In this document: one piece after another, positions 11,753-27,090 of the stretch
How the letters are laid out: each line of letters opens with the position of its first letter
How positions within the stretch are numbered: the stretch's first letter is position 1
From: Mizuhopecten yessoensis
Taxonomy: Eukaryota
Direction: 5' to 3'
Assembly: GCF_002113885.1 (NCBI RefSeq)
Contig: NW_018407247.1
Coordinates: 285,317 to 349,316 of the forward strand
DNA: 64,000 nucleotides
Program-made: the position numbers and the translations under genes
The notes under the pieces: model-generated
The model's input: only the letters and a program-made list of their open reading frames with translations
Databases searched by the model: none
Told to the model about the DNA's origin: nothing

Positions 11753-13849
11753 CAAACATATTGGAAAACTGCTCCAGATGAATAATATCTATCTGTTTAT
11801 GTATAGGTCACAACAGTCAGAATGTCCTCGTTTGAAATAATTCAAAATCGTGTTGGAAGCATGATACCTCAGGGGAAACCACATGTTCACACTTGCATGC
11901 TGAGCTGAGTGGTAAAATCATTTGTGGTTCACTTTACAGCTGTTTGTGTATTTGGATTGAAAAGTCATTGAATTTTTTAGATACGGTTGCTTTACTTTCC
12001 CAATAAGTTAACAGGTTGCATTTAATGATGAAACAACATCTTTTAAACATTTATTAAGTTATACAACACGGTACCTTTCACAGATATCCCGTGATATGCG
12101 GTATAGCATCTTGGAGATATTATTCGAAATGATCTGTATTTCATACCCTCATGAATGCTGTATCAAGGTGCAAGGCAATCCTAACACGTAAAGCCTTTTA
12201 CAATCAAATCGACGAAGAAAAATTATGCAAACTATTTTCCAAAAAGCAGAACAGAAAATTTCGCGGGAAAATAATCCTGTTGTTTATGGTTAACAATTTC
12301 GTCTGGTGACAAAATTTGATAAGAAACCAATTGGGATTTTCACATAATTCAAAGTTTAGGGTTACGTCAGGATCTGTTCAGATTACTCTCCTCACAGAAG
12401 TACCCTAATTGTTTCCGACTGAAAAATATGTTCACGTGAAATAGTCCTTGCCGGTATTGGATTACAACACTTTTGGATGGTACATATAAGTTCTAAGGTC
12501 TGTGAAACGGAATGTAAATATTCTTGCATTAATGATTTAATTGTAAGCTTCAAATCAACTTAATTTTTTAATGTTTACCTCATTACCAATGCATTCTTTA
12601 AAAGGTAGCTACTCTAGACACAAATGGAATTTTGAATTTTAAGTAGAAAACTGTTTATTTGTGGGAGAATCGGCATATTTCGGCCTTGTAGCCTCGAGCA
12701 GTTCATTCTCTAACAGAATGGATGATATTTGGTCTAGCTCCAGTCCATAAAATATTTGTTTAACAAGATGTATCAATCGAAAAGTGTAAATATGTTTATC
12801 GAGTTGTCTCGGTGTAGGCTTCCTATTTTAATTATTTACCAAACGTATAAGTCCTGCAGGTTTTAACGTATTAGAATTTGCACTGTACAAAACAGGGACG
12901 GTTTACTATTAAGCTGTAAGGTAAATGTGACGATTCGAATTTTTTTCTGATCGTGAAGTTTCTCTTTCTTGATAGTATTTTTTTCTGCTTCCCAATTTAT
13001 AGTGTAAACTTGTCTGGGTTGATTCAATACTCACGGGATTGCTCCGAACAGCATTATTCCCTTGATAAAGACTTCGGGCAAGTTTTATTGTAGCCAGCAT
13101 GACCTTATCAGGAAATGTTACGTCGAAATGACAGAATTTGACATTACTAGGATTTAATCTTGACACTGTATAGATATTTTCTTCTTTCGTGATTTTTTCT
13201 TAGTTACATCGATTGTGAGTTCGAAATTCGTTTTTATTTATACTTCGGTATTCGTTTGCGTTTTGTTTACTCCCTTGCGTTCTTGACTCAAAATCAATAT
13301 TTGAGAGCTGTTTAATTTGTTATTGTCTTTCTCTGCTTGTTTTAACAGCTAAACATATATGCATATATTGCGAAATATGAATGACTTACATTGAACAAAT
13401 GATTTACATTGATGGGATAATTCAGGTTAAGTAGGAAACCATTGTCAAGTAACAAAACGAAATACAAAATAAATAAATGAATGAAATAGATAAATAAATA
13501 GAGTAAGATAGAAAAAGGGGAAGTGAACAAGTGTTTCTATGGAAACCCACAGTTTAAACACCAGTATTCAACGCATTTCAATATATATATATCGTAATGG
13601 AGTTTTGAACAGTGAAAATGTAGGTTAGTTATAACCGGTATGACAAAGAATGACCGCTCTATTCATATTTATATTAGTTAACTAGTTTAAACGAGACATG
13701 ACGGGGAAAATATAATGGGGGAAGGGAATGGGTATAAGTATTTGTAAAAGCATGTTAGGAAGACTAAGATTCTATATTTAAAGAATTTCAGGTTAACTAT
13801 TAAGCCTCTAAGTTACATACAAGTACGCATGAAAGAGTTAACTGGAAAC

Positions 13850-16285
13850 AATGTTAACATACAAACAGGGAGGGATAGCTCTCACCCAGTGTTAACCTAC
13901 AAACAGGGAGGAATAGCTCTCATGCAGTGTTAACATACAAACAGGGTTGACAAGCTCTCACCCAGTGTTAACATATAAACAGGAAGGAACAGCTCTCACT
14001 CAGTGCTAACATACAAACAGGGAGGAAAAGCTCTCACTCAGTGTTAACATACCAACAGGGAGTAACAGCTCTCACTCAGTGTTAACACAACAACAGGGAG
14101 GAACAGCTATCACTCAGTGTTTACATATAAACAGGGAGGAAAAGCTCTCACTCAGTGTTGACATACAAACAGGAAGGAACAGCCCACACCCAGTGTTAAC
14201 ATACAAACCGGGAGGAATAGCTCTCACTCAGTGTTAAGATACAAACAAGGAGGAACAGCTCTCACCCAGTGTTAAATTACAAACAGGGAGGAACAGCTCT
14301 CCCTCAGTGTTAACATACAAACAAGGAGGAACAGCTCTCACTCAGTGCTAACATACAAACAGGGAGGAACAGCTCTCAATCAGTGTTAACATACAAACAG
14401 TAAGGAACAGCTCTCACTCAGTGTTATCAAGCAAACAGGGAGGAACAGCTCTCCCTCAGTGTTAACATACAAACAAGGAGGAACAGCTCTCACTCAGTGC
14501 TAACATACAAACAGGGAGGAAAAGCTCTCACTCAGTGTTGACATACAAACAGGAAGGAACAGCCCACACCCAGTGTTAACATACAACCAGGAAGGAATAG
14601 CTCTCATCCAGTGTTAACATACAAACAGTAAGGAACAGCTCTCACTCAGTGCTAACATACAAACAGGGAGGAAAAGCTCTCACTCAGTGTTGACATACAA
14701 ACAGGAAGGAACAGCTCACACCCAGGGTTAACATACAAACAAGGAGGAACAGCTCTCACCCAGTGATAACATACAGACAGGGAGGAACAGCTCTCACACA
14801 GTGTTAACTTACAAACAGGGAAGAACAGCTCTCACTCAGTGTTATCAAACAAACAGGGAGGAACAGCCCTCCCTCAGAGTTAACACACAAACAGGAAGGA
14901 ATAGCTCTCAACCAGTGTTAACATACAAACAGAGATGAATAGCTCTCACCCAGTGTTAACATATAAACAGGAAGGAACAGCTCTCACTCAGTGTTATCAA
15001 GCAAACAGGGAGGAACAGCTCTCACTCATTGTTAACTTACAAACAGGGAGTAACAGCTCTCACTCAGTGTTAACTCACAAACAGGGAGGAACAGCTATCC
15101 CTCAGTGTTAACATACAAACAGAGAGGAACAGCTCTCACCCAGTGATAACATACAGACAGGGAGGAACAGCTCTCACACAGTGTTAACTTACAAACAGGG
15201 AGTAACAGCTCTCACTCAGTGTTATCAAACAAACAGGGAGGAACAGCTCACACCCAGTGTTAACATACAAACAGAGAGGAACAGCTCTCACCCAGTGTTA
15301 AATTACAAACAGGGAGGAACAGCTCACACCCAGTGTTAACATACAAAAAGGGAGGAACAGCTCTCACCCAGTGATAACATACAGACAGGGAGGAACAGCT
15401 CTCACCCAGTGATAACATACAGACAGGGAGGAACAGCTCTCACACAGTGTTAACTTACAAACAGGGCGGAACAGCTCTCACTCAGTGTTATCAAGCAAAC
15501 AGGGAGGAACAGCCCTCCCTCAGGGTTAACACACAAACAGGAAGGAATAGCTCTCATCAAGTGTTAACATACAAACAGGGTTGACAAGCTCTCGCCCAGT
15601 GTTAGCATACAAACATGGAGGAACAGCTCTCACTCAGTGTTAACATACCAACAGGGAGTAACAGCTCTCACTCAGTGTTATCAAGCAAACAGGGAGGAAC
15701 AGCTCTCCCTCAGTGTTAACATACAAACAAGTAGGAACAGCTCTCACCCAGTGTTAAATTACAAACAGGGAGGAACAGCTATCCCTCAGTGTTAACATAC
15801 AAACAGAGAGGAACAGCTCTCACCCAGTGATAACATACAGACAGGGAGGAACAGCTCTCACCCAGTGATAACATACAGACAGGGAGGAACAGCTCTCACA
15901 CAGTGTTAACTTACAAACAGGGCGGAACAGCTCTCACTCAGTGTTATCAAGCAAACAGGGAGGAACAGCCCTCCCTCAGGGTTAACACACAAACAGGAAG
16001 GAATAGCTCTCAACCAGTGTTAACATACAAACAGGAAGGAACAGCCCACACCCAGTGTTAACATACAACCAGGAAGGAATAGCTCTCATCAAGTGTTAAC
16101 ATACAAACAGGGAGGAAAAGCTCTCACTCAGTGTTAGCATACAAACAGGAAGGAACAGCTCACACCCAGTGTTAACATACAAACAGGGAGGAACAGCTCT
16201 CACTCAGTGTTAACATACAAACAGGGAGGAATAGCTCTCACTCAGTGTTAACATACAAACAGGGAGGAACAGCTCTCACTTAATG
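13850..16285. repeat. 38-bp satellite (~64 copies; CAGTGTTAACATACAAACAGGGAGGAACAGCTCTCACT)
   Basis: Tandem array is directly visible. Period of 38 checked at 16205/16243. Confidence 0.98.
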
Positions 16286-16312
16286 TTCTTGACCTTTCGT
16301 CTGTGTTATAGA

Positions 16313-16700
16313 TACTGGAGGACAACCGATATGGTTTCATTTTCTGAGAGCGGGAGGCTACCAACGTTTACTGAGACAAAATGTCTAATCTAGAGATTTT
16401 AACGCCAGTTCTAGTTAGGAAAACGCAGGGGAAACTGTTAGGTTGATTTGTTCTCTTCGCCGCAATCACAGAAGGGACTCCAAATTACAGTTTTACTGAA
16501 AAAANAACTGGAGGACATACGATATGGTTTCATTTTCTGAGAGCGGGAGGCTACCAACGTTTACTGGGACAAAATGTCTAATCTAGAGATTTTAACGCCA
16601 GTTCTAGTTAGGAAAACGCAGGGGAAACTGTTAGGTTGATTTGTTCTCTTCGCCGCAATCACAGAAGGGACTCCAAATTACAGTTTTACTGAAAAAAAAA
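16313..16700. other. ~190-bp direct duplication across a single N (probable assembly overlap artefact)
   Basis: Near-identical copies on either side of the N at 16505. Confidence 0.8.
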
Positions 16701-17894
16701 TGAGCTTTTAATTTCATTCACAATCTGGAGTGATGTATTTGTCCTTGGCTGTTACCCTATTGGTACCAATTAGGGATTTTGTCCGTTCGACTGTCTAAAT
16801 ACTTCATAAGCTTTAATGCATAACACCGGACCGAAGCTGTTTGCACCAGCACAATTAGTCAGTTAGATTAAATACCTTTCAGATACTCACTGTCTTTTGT
16901 AGTCATTCAATAGTATTGACCGAATAAAGATGATATTTGTAGCTTCATTTTCATTTTGAACTTAGTCGACAGGGCGAAATAAACAATACGGCAAACATTG
17001 TAAAAAGGACGGGGGTTAAAACCTGCATGGCAGCGAATAATGCAATCATGATATATTTGGGAAGTTTCAAAACCATTAGCGGACGAATTTAAAACGGAAC
17101 GAATTTATCATATAAGGCTGAAGAGTGACATTTGAAGCAGCGAATTGAACGCCCTGTAACAATCGCTAGTCTTATCTCAACTGTTAGTGTAACACGGTCA
17201 ACTCCATGTTCTAGTAACAACATGTAGCTTTACCGGAACCGGAAGTGTTGTGTAACAAACATTCTTATTCCAACAACTATTTGTTTTCAGTCAATAACCA
17301 TAGACTAAGAAGACATCATGAACTTTATATTGCACTTATATATATGTGTGTGACTATAATATCCATTTTCCATTTACTAAAACTTAACCTTGTGCTTCTA
17401 TCAACTACGTACCAGCAAACCTTGTTATTCCGGGCTCCCTATAGCAATCACTGTCATTAAACTAATGAGACTAAGCATATACATTTGGATATGCAATGGC
17501 GATCAAAGAGCTCAGACCTATACAGGTCAGAGAGTGGGCATGAATAGGCGTAGCCAACTAGATATGATTCTTTATCGTGACTTCTGCAAAATCAAATTTA
17601 AATAAAACTTCTTAATGGTTGTTTTAAGTTAAAACATTGCAATCAAGTTTTTATCATGTTGAAGCAGTGACCTACTAGACCATCTTACAAAAATGAATCG
17701 TGCCTGTTGTAACTTTATGAATATCAATGAAAGTTGTTTAAATATAGAGTCACTTAACTCATTGAACCCTGAAATTTCATAATGAACTGTTCCATCCTTT
17801 GTATTGGAATGGTTCAAATGTGTCTTCAGGTGTAAATTCGCAGAAGCTGCCTTATCAGGCGCTAACTACTAGTCCTATGTCACCTGGCTAAGAT

Positions 17895-18185
17895 CTCCCT
17901 ATGTGTGTATGCCTGCGTGCGTGCTGGAGATGTAATGTGTTCTGTTTGTAGTGGGACCGCGCTTCCAACGTCGTCATTAATAGTGTCACCTTACTTGAAT
18001 GCTACAGCACAGATACCGCAACATTCACCTCAGACCAATTTATACTCCAACTGGGTTGTTGGAGCTGTGTTGGCAGGAGAAAAAAACTTTCTCTGAATAT
18101 CCATGCGGATGACGACTTCGGGGATCGAACCTCGGCCGCCTGCGTGGAAGGCCGGAGTAGTGTTAACCACTCGACCAATCCGCCC
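17895..18185 (-). mobile_element. tRNA-derived SINE with Deu/Nin-like central domain
   Basis: Minus strand: TGGTCGAGTGGTTAA ... GGTTCGATCCC boxes. Downstream AGTATAAATTGGTCTGAGGTG...CATTCAAGTAAGGTGACACTATTAA resembles the domain at 49095-49170. Confidence 0.65.
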
Positions 18186-21084
18186 ATATATAGCCGCATT
18201 TTAGTTCATGAATATAGTGGTTAATTTCATTAGGAATGGCTGGAAAATAACGACATTGTAAATGTATATAGCTTCATCAGTTATCCATACATACCTGTAC
18301 TCATCACCTGTTGAGGTTCAACGCCTAATGACACTCCATTTAATGACAAGAAACATAATCCCCAATAAGGTTTTGATAAATGATCACAAGATTGTCGAAT
18401 AATACGACACGATCCTTGAAATTCTCCCGGATCAATCATTGCCGTTCAAGAGTAGAATAATATACGTACAGATCATATTCCAACGATTCGCCGACGACTG
18501 TTTCATTAAAGCAGTGACTATGATAATGAACACCAGCCTAGCCTTACACGTACCACACAGAGTCACAACGGTCAGACAGCCTCGCAACACTAATGGCTGA
18601 CACGTCTGATCAGCTTAAGCTAAGTTGACCGGATGTGGATTTTGGCCGGATGTGGAAAACATGTGAAAATGATGATGAGTGGTTGTTGTCATCTAAAGTG
18701 ATGGCATTGAATTAAAATGTAGAAAAAATATGTAATAACCTACAATTGTTTATGAGATACAAATAACATTTTGCTAGACAGTAATATCACTTGAAACCTT
18801 TTTGGAACTTCATATGTTACTGTCAACGGTAGTATTAAAATATTGAAATTAAAAAAAAACACAACGAAATTAAAACAGTCATCATTTATTGTTGGTACAT
18901 TTTAACAATTCCACGTTCACATATTATCAATAAACAAGACGAAAATAATATAAAATGTTCGTAAATTTACATTTCATCAGCTGTAAGCCTAAGGTCGTCA
19001 TTGTTAAAATGGCTGCCGGTAATTTACACATTCCAGTGGAGTTGAATGTATCGGCAGCAATAACTAAAAATTTCCTCCGTACCAACTGACATACACTGAC
19101 ATTCTGTTCACGCAATATCTATTCCCGAAGCCGACAACAAAATTAAATGGCGTATTGTTTGAGACTCTAAACTGCCTCACGGATCGAATTCCGGACTTAT
19201 TGCTGTAAACTGATTGTATGTGTTAGGGTTGGTGATATAGCTAACGAAATAAGATATCTAATGATTGATGGAAAGTCTACATCGTCGGGAACTCAGGTTA
19301 TATTGGTGGGCGAGGAAAAGCGCCAAGTCGATTGCATATTACATAATTCGCTAGATTATATTCTGTAATTATTTACATGATCAACTGCAGTACACATTCC
19401 ATTGGAAGTATTTATAGTATCCGGACTAGCTCCAGCTTCACTTAGTTCTATTAGCAGAGTACCTTGGCTGTCGTATCAATATTAAGAGGTCGTCACGTAA
19501 TCGTGAAGATTTTTTTCTGCATTGGTCATTGATCCTATACCTTCTACGCAGCAGATATAATGTAACAATCCAAAAAGCAACGTAATCATGTTAATAATTT
19601 TAAAAGAACGACGAAAGAATATTAATCATATTCATTAAATGGATGTCTTGATAATTATGCAACCGTTAATTGAAATTTTTGATGAAACAATACTTAAAAA
19701 CGTCGGATACATGTATGTATGATGTTACTCACTACCCCAATAGTTAATCCCTTTACCAGCGAAATAGAAATAAAGGATGACATAAAGGCAACTTATCTTC
19801 TGTTTGATATCCTCTTTAGAACTGAATTAAATACAGCATAACGAGTTATAAACACGGGCTTAAGTATTCGCGATCTTGACCGAAAATTAAAACAATAGGA
19901 TTTACACGGGTTACAATTTCGCTATCAAGACACGTGAAGGATCTAAATTTTCCCGGTTTTTTAACACATAGACGGGACACTCGGCACAAAAAATGTCAAA
20001 TAATCAAATGAATAGGCTTAATGACAGAAAATAGAGCAGCACCAAGATAGTATATTTCGTTAAACAAATCATCAACAAAACAATTCTATCAACGTTTGAT
20101 GTAATCGATCCTCAATCAACATTACTCGGCATGTATGTGTATCGTCACGACCACATGCGCGCTATTCCATGACGACATGACGGTAATTAAGTTTAAGCTT
20201 GTCGTATTATTCTGCGGATCATATTTTCGCGATTACGTAATTGACCCGCGAAAAACGCGAAAATATCTTCCTCGCGGAAATATTCGGTTTTGCTACAAAG
20301 CCTTAGTTTACACAAAGGAAAACACTCATTAGTAATGTATGTTTCCTATATATGCTTCTTTCAGTTGGCATCCATGGGCATTCATATTGCCTATGAGTGC
20401 CAACTGAAAGCAGATCCATGACTATATTGCCAAGGGGGGCGTCAGTAGTTTCCAACGTAACAATTATGACGTCAACAAACGGTCCGTGGCGTTCATAGCC
20501 TATATGAATGCCAACTGAATTTGTTAGGGTTATAATTATAGTGACAATGCCATACGATGGTAAATATTGTAGTATAGAACTGCTGGTAATGGTTTTGAAA
20601 AGTTAGTCACTGAATATCTTAACATTTATTTAATAAATGTTGGTTTCATTATTGCATACTTCATTGTAAACATAATCTCGACTAAAGTCTTGTTACAAAC
20701 ATAGTATTTATTATTGTAATATCTTATATATTGTTTAAAACTTATCTTTTTCTGGTTGCATCCATGGTATCAATGTAGGCCGGAGATTTAACCATAAAAG
20801 ACTTAGCCAGACAATAGGCAAAACTATATCATGCTGAATTTAACACACTTCCTGGTTTTGTTAAATCTTGCAGGTCTATCATCTTGTTGTGTACACTTAA
20901 CGTCAGCCTGTATTTTGACGCTGATGCCCAAACTACTTTCAACGTCTATGTTGAAAGTAATTGGTTGCATCGACAGACAAAGCATCTAATAGCTTAACCC
21001 CTGTCTGAAAACACTTTTACATATACAGCTTGCAAAATCAACAAGACTTGCTTGCATATGAGATTACATTTATTTGAGAGCCTA

Positions 21085-21430
21085 CCAGGACAGGTAAAAG
21101 GTGAGATTTTATTTAAAATTGTTTATTGAATCAATCAGTTTTAATGAAAATCGGGCAACGACCGAAGCCTATACAATTCTTCTCCTTAAATGTACACACA
21201 TTTAAACATTAGCATTGGTTTGGAGCATAATGTATAAACATGGGAGTATATTCAAACAATTATATAAGAACCAGGTAAAGCTGAAACAGGCAACTTTTTT
21301 GATTCCAACAGAATTCCACTTTATGTATGTAGGTATGAATTCTTATAACTGGTTAGTTAAGCATAGTACAATCACAGTGAATTTAATTTGATATTACTAT
21401 CAGTGAACAGTATATATATAGTCTTAAATC
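21085..21430 (-). mobile_element. Decayed LINE 3' end
   Basis: GGAGAAG...TATAGGCTT...TTGCCCGA...TCAATAAAC resembles the terminal stem-loop/AATAAA of the CR1-group elements in this window. Confidence 0.4.
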
Positions 21431-22189
21431 ATTATCTCGTGTGTTCAGAAATTCATATACATAATCTTATTAATTCAATGTATTGTTTATTTTTTTTATA
21501 TTGATGACGTGATACCATGTCGATCAGATCAGTTCCCACTGAACTTGAATTCAAGGACAATACGAGCTCCTCTACATTAGCCGATTTCCTCAATCGTTAC
21601 TTACAACATGACTAAGGTTGAACAAGCTGTAGTCACCTAAATCTTCATCCCCGCTGATAAAGTCGGAACTTATAAATGTAATTTGAGTAAATTGAACTTG
21701 TACATTTGCTATTAAAAAACATGCATAGCCAGATTAACGTAGTTGAAAATAAGACATTTATGCTGATGTCTTCATACAAATAACTCATCAGACTTATAAC
21801 ATGTCAATCTCTTTAGCGACCTAACTGAATGCTACATATGTAAGAAATTTCTCTTTTACTAGCTGTTGAGAGGAATTCTGACCTCAAATAAGGATAGATG
21901 GTGCCACTTGATTTACGATATTGTTTACAATTCGGTATTTTTTTTTTAAGATTTTTTTTTCTCTGTATTATGTTTATGCCGTACGCAATGTTGTAAGTAT
22001 AGCGTCACTATAACGACGGGTGTGTTCAATATAGTATAATCATATAGACACATTTGTTAAATATAGCGTCAGGATATGTGCACCTGAAACGTCACTATTC
22101 AGACGCCTGTGTTAGCTTAAACATCACTCTATGGACAATTGTGGTCAGGCATTCGATATATCATTTAAGTCAAAGTCACAATCCGATCC

Positions 22190-22370
22190 GACTCGAAATG
22201 GTATGGGAGCATCTGCCTGACTGTGTTGGTTTTCTCCGGGTACTCCGGTTTCCTCTTACATAAAGTCCGCCTCCAGCACGCTAACATCCGGGCCAACAAA
22301 AGTGATTATAATAAGTTGAAACAACTTGTTTAATAATTGTTTTAAAAGACATAAAGTTTATATTTTAGTT
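22190..22370 (+). mobile_element. V-domain SINE (5'-truncated) with LINE-like 3' tail
   Basis: V core GGTTTTCTCCGGGTACTCCGGTTTCCTC. Tail hairpin ATAAGTTGAAACAACTTG. Confidence 0.8.
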
Positions 22371-23654
22371 TAAAATGAGGAATGACGCAAAAGAGTCATT
22401 ATGCAAGAGCTGTAAATTTGCTTTTAGTAGAAAATGTGCTCATGGAAACGTGGATATTATTTCGAAGAATATTATCTTTCATTTTTATGAAGATATCATT
22501 GTGATTCGCATATGCCAGCAGCGTGAGCCAGTTATGGCTACTGACGTCATCATCAAGAGAATTGCAATGATCTATTTCCCCTCAAAAAAAATATTTTTGA
22601 TTCTTATGTTAGCTATAAACTCAATTACCAATAATTCCATACTTCCGTCTGGTGATTTAAGCTCAAACAGCTATATTTAGTAATTGATAATATCCATATG
22701 TGACGTGCAAGGCCGGTTGCGCTGTTTCTCATCATGGATTGCACCGCTGCTCCTCTGTCCTCTTAATCATGGCGGGAATTTACTGTTTTGTCAAGTGACA
22801 ATCAATAACGTTTTATCATCGCGGATCTTTGCCATAAGAACACTATATCCGTCAAACTCCCAGCATCACATGATTGATTGGTATTGCGAAACCACACTGA
22901 CTTGTCAATATTGCTTCGGTAGCCGACTGGGCGCGCCGTCATATGTAACTTATGATGGTATCACCGGGTTATCATTTTGATAAGTTGAAAGGATTTTTTC
23001 GCGGTCACTTGATTTTGCAGTTTTGCTAAAATGCTCCATTTTGTAAGTTTCATGATGTCTACTAGCCATAATACGAAGTGCTACGGTATGTTTGATTTGA
23101 TTTGAAATAAACTTTGCAGAAAATTAAAAAAAAAAAGGGAGGGAGGGGGGCTACTATAAATATCGCGAAAATGAATTCCCAGAGATAAACACAAAACCTA
23201 AGTAAAATATATGTCGACTTAACGACATAACATATTGCCTGTTGTCAACATAAAGCTATTATCATTACGACATAATGTAAAAGATAATCACATGCGAAGA
23301 ACAATGACTCATCTTGTCGACATAATATAGATATTTTTTTGATGAACCACTTAAACGTCACATTTTTTAGTTTTCTCGATTTATTTTTCATGATATTACG
23401 TTATATATAGTAGCGACCACAACGCTGTAACGGTTGGATAGTACGAGCTCCATGCTGACAATAAAAATGAGCAGCAAGAAAGACTGACCCATAACAAGCA
23501 GAACCTTAACGTAACCTTCGGCACATACCCATACACACTTACACATATACATGTATATGTATCGTCTCTGTAATATTAAGCGCCCTAATGCAATGTTTAT
23601 AAGTTCGGATGGAGCGTTGGACAAATGTCGTTTATTTATTTGTGTTTTACGTCG

Positions 23655-23765
23655 TTTTAACATCTACAGATGTATGTTCGTTTAAGGACGTGCAAGATTT
23701 TGGTGGTGAATGACAGCCGGAGTCCCCGAAGAAACGCAACCGAACTGTGGTCAGTACTCGGCGAT
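23655..23765 (-). mobile_element. V-domain SINE fragment
   Basis: Reverse complement of TGCACGTCCTTAAA tail plus a degenerate V core. Matches the 50540-50740 family. Confidence 0.7.
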
Positions 23766-24242
23766 TTACAATCGTCGTTCATTTCTAGATCAGACATAAT
23801 CACCAATGATGGCTAGTCATTGACTTTAGACTGATGAGTATTGTTTTCTTTAATTAAATAAATATTGTAGTTTTACGCAGTATGTGCTACTGTGTAAATA
23901 AAATGTCGGTTGGTAATAAATGCATATCTTGAAATGTACCGTTTCGTCTTGGACAACTTGCGATCAAGACAGATAATATAAGCCTAATATTTTCTGCATA
24001 AAATCTATGAGACACCTGAGGTGAGTCTAATTAGTTTAGCAACTAGTGACTGATCAATAATTGTCGCCATTACGATGTACAGTAAGTGGAGCAGGCCTTT
24101 TCTGTAGAAAATATACCACAGGATCGTGCAAGCATCGGACGGGACGTATACGACATGTACAGTGTTTCGTATTATAGCAAATAATGATTATGTAAGGCAC
24201 AATAACAGTTCTAAATTTCATGTACATATTTCAACTGAAACT

Positions 24243-24561
24243 CATCCTCGATATCCAGGGATTACACTCACTTTCGCTCTCTGCACCCCTGGAATTTGTC
24301 ATAGCAAAATAGAAGGCTCTATGTGCAGCATTGAAGTACATCAAAAGAATCTCGCCGTCGTGTAACGGTGAAACTTACTGGCTTTGAAGTCGGGTGTCGC
24401 TCCTCTGTAATCTTCAAAGTTCAGGTATCAGTCTAGTGATTGGTCAGGTATTTTTCACCTGACACCAATCAAACAGCTATCTTCGTGCCTTCAGTTTTGC
24501 TATGACATATCCCAGGGGTGCAGAGAGCGAAAGTAAGCGTAATCCCTGGATATCGAGGATG
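24243..24561. mobile_element. MITE with ~75-bp TIRs and 9-bp TSD (Mutator-like)
   Basis: TIR CATCCTCGATATCCAGGGATTAC... at both ends. TSD ACTGAAACT at 24234-24242 and 24562-24570. Confidence 0.9.
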
Positions 24562-26832
24562 ACTGAAACTAGGCTTTAATCTGACATATCACAGGGACAT
24601 AGAGTGTGCCCATTAAACGCCTTTTTGATGTAGGTGCTCCATTTCATTAGCTATTTAACTGTTCCTATAATTATATCAGTCGTATTAGACAGAATCGTAT
24701 TCCTGACTTTCACATTTAAAATATCTTTATCCACAAAATGTTACGATTATTACGCATTTGCAATGTCCGAATTTTATCCAACTTGATTAAGTTTTCACAG
24801 AAAGTGCAAAAACTGTAACAGATACAAACTATCAAGACTTTACATATCATGTTTATAATGTACTTTATTGTATGACCTTGTTGTAATACATTTACATTAA
24901 TTGTCATGTCAAAAGTTTGTTTGTATTGTGTAGGGAAACATGAAACAGATAAGCATTCTTGGCAGTAGACTGGGCTGATGTCTCAGGAAGGTGTTTCGCG
25001 AGGCAAACGGTATTTTGTAATCATTGTTTTGATTGGTCAAATCAGCAAAAATGATGTTTCACGAGTGAAAAACAACATTTCTATATTTTTCACTGAGTGA
25101 AAATATCGCAATAGAAGAGCCTCAATGACCTTATAAAATAAAAAAGATAAAATAAAAAAATAATAAACTATACGGCGGTATTGTGTATAATCTTCATCTA
25201 CCAGTGCTTACTCGTGATTTTGAACCACACCCTTATTGAAGTAGCATATATGACATTTCCAATATTTTGATTGACAGTATCTTTTTTCAGAAATAAAGTG
25301 TCTGATAGAGATATTTCTACGACACAAATATTGAATAACTATGTCTTAACGGTATGGATATCCAATACCTCCACAACTCACGTGTACGGCTATACGAGCT
25401 TACTGGAGTAAGGGCTATTGCTACCATGATATACATATAGATTTAATGTATGTACTGTGTTATGTTGCAGTTCATTTAAATCCCAAATACGACAAACGAC
25501 GGAACCCTCCTCTTGCTCATCCTCCAGGGCGAATTCCACTCCTTAAAGAACACGACAGATGTCAGTGGGGTTTTTGCAGCTACCATACAAAGCTGATAAA
25601 CATGACTATGATTCGTTTTTCGTTCGGGCAATTCCAAAATATGTGCATAATAGAAATTACCAAAATGTCAAACGTACCACTATCAGCGTTAAACTGTTTC
25701 TGAATGATTTCCGGTATTATATAATAGTACGTGACGAAGTACGTTTAATTAACATACATGTACCATTCAAACTGCCGACGATCAACTGACAGTAAAGTAG
25801 CTTAAAACTTTACGTCAAAGGCTCTGTAATTGTAACTGACTTATTGTTTCTGAGCCATTTCAATTACGCATCAATACCTACAACGTACCTGTAAATAGAC
25901 TACAGACATGTATCCTATTTCACAAAAGTTATTTCAAAACAGGGCTCCTTGTAAGACTGTTCAGCTAGGCACGGGTTTATTTCTAAAATATCACATTTTT
26001 CGTTTCTTATTTTAATGCCTGGCACATGAAAACGTGTACTTGTTAAGCAAAATATCAATAATTTTAATAAACTTCCCGTTCGTCTTTCATTATTGTTCTC
26101 AGTGGCGTTTATTACTTGGAAAATGCACAATGGTGTTGCCAAGGAAACAATGCATCCCGCGTGCCGTGTACCATAGCAACATTAATTAGTGTTAATGCGA
26201 TGCGAAACTCGCGAGAACGAAAGATGATGTTCTTTAACGTCTAACACCTAATTAACGTTGACATCATCCACTATGTCTAGGACACTCTGCATCAAAAGTG
26301 AAAGGAAGCAATACCCTTCACGCTCCTTGCCTCCTTAGACAGGAAATAGCATGTGCTACAAACGTGTAATTAGGCATAAGTGAACTCCGACCTTAACCTA
26401 TCCAACACAGATATTTATATTCGTTTAATAGCAGATTTTGTGTGCTAGTATGGAAACTTTTATTGTAAGCCGTATAAATGTTTATTGTTAGAGATACCTC
26501 TTTACATTTAAAGACGGATTAAAGCATTTGATCATGTTTTTAACAACTGAAGACCGATATCAGTACATTATTACAATTCTACTATTAACCAAATCGTTGA
26601 ACTTTTCCATCTGATCATATCGATACGTGAAAAGCAATATACCTCTCACGTGAATATGTATGTACGTTTTACCTCTGTCGTATTTTGCGATTTCATCGAC
26701 GGCGTTTCGCACAAATTATTGCTTTTAAAACTAAAAAAATCTTAAATTCAGGATAATCTGTCAGATTGAATGCAGGATCGTTTTTGCAAATGGAAATACA
26801 ATACAGGTTTAAGAAATATGAAATCCTCTGAC

Positions 26833-27090
26833 GTTTGTTCCAGATTGGGTTTTTACACCACTAGAGTTCCGTATATACAGAAATATTAAAAAAAAATGGA
26901 ATTGCGGGGACTTAACAGATTTGTCGTTATTTACCTTAAAGTCGATATATTTGGTTATATACCTTCTATACGATAAAATCGCACATAACAGAATGTTTAT
27001 AAGTTCATAGAACACATTTTTAAAGTCAGCATGTGGAAAAAATGATCGAACCACCATGAGCATATAACACAAGTTTTACAATGATCTCTG
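26833..27090. repeat. Dispersed repeat, copy 1 (near-identical to 30881-31135)
   Basis: The two copies give nearly identical spurious ORFs (MCYMLMVVRSFF...) and matching DNA. Confidence 0.9.

Noticed and set aside
13850-16285. CRISPR-like array (also the 33-bp and 51-bp arrays)
   Set aside because: Head-to-tail units have no unique spacers, there are no cas genes, and the context is eukaryotic.
16313-16700. Biological tandem duplication
   Set aside because: The junction is a single N, typical of an unmerged contig overlap.
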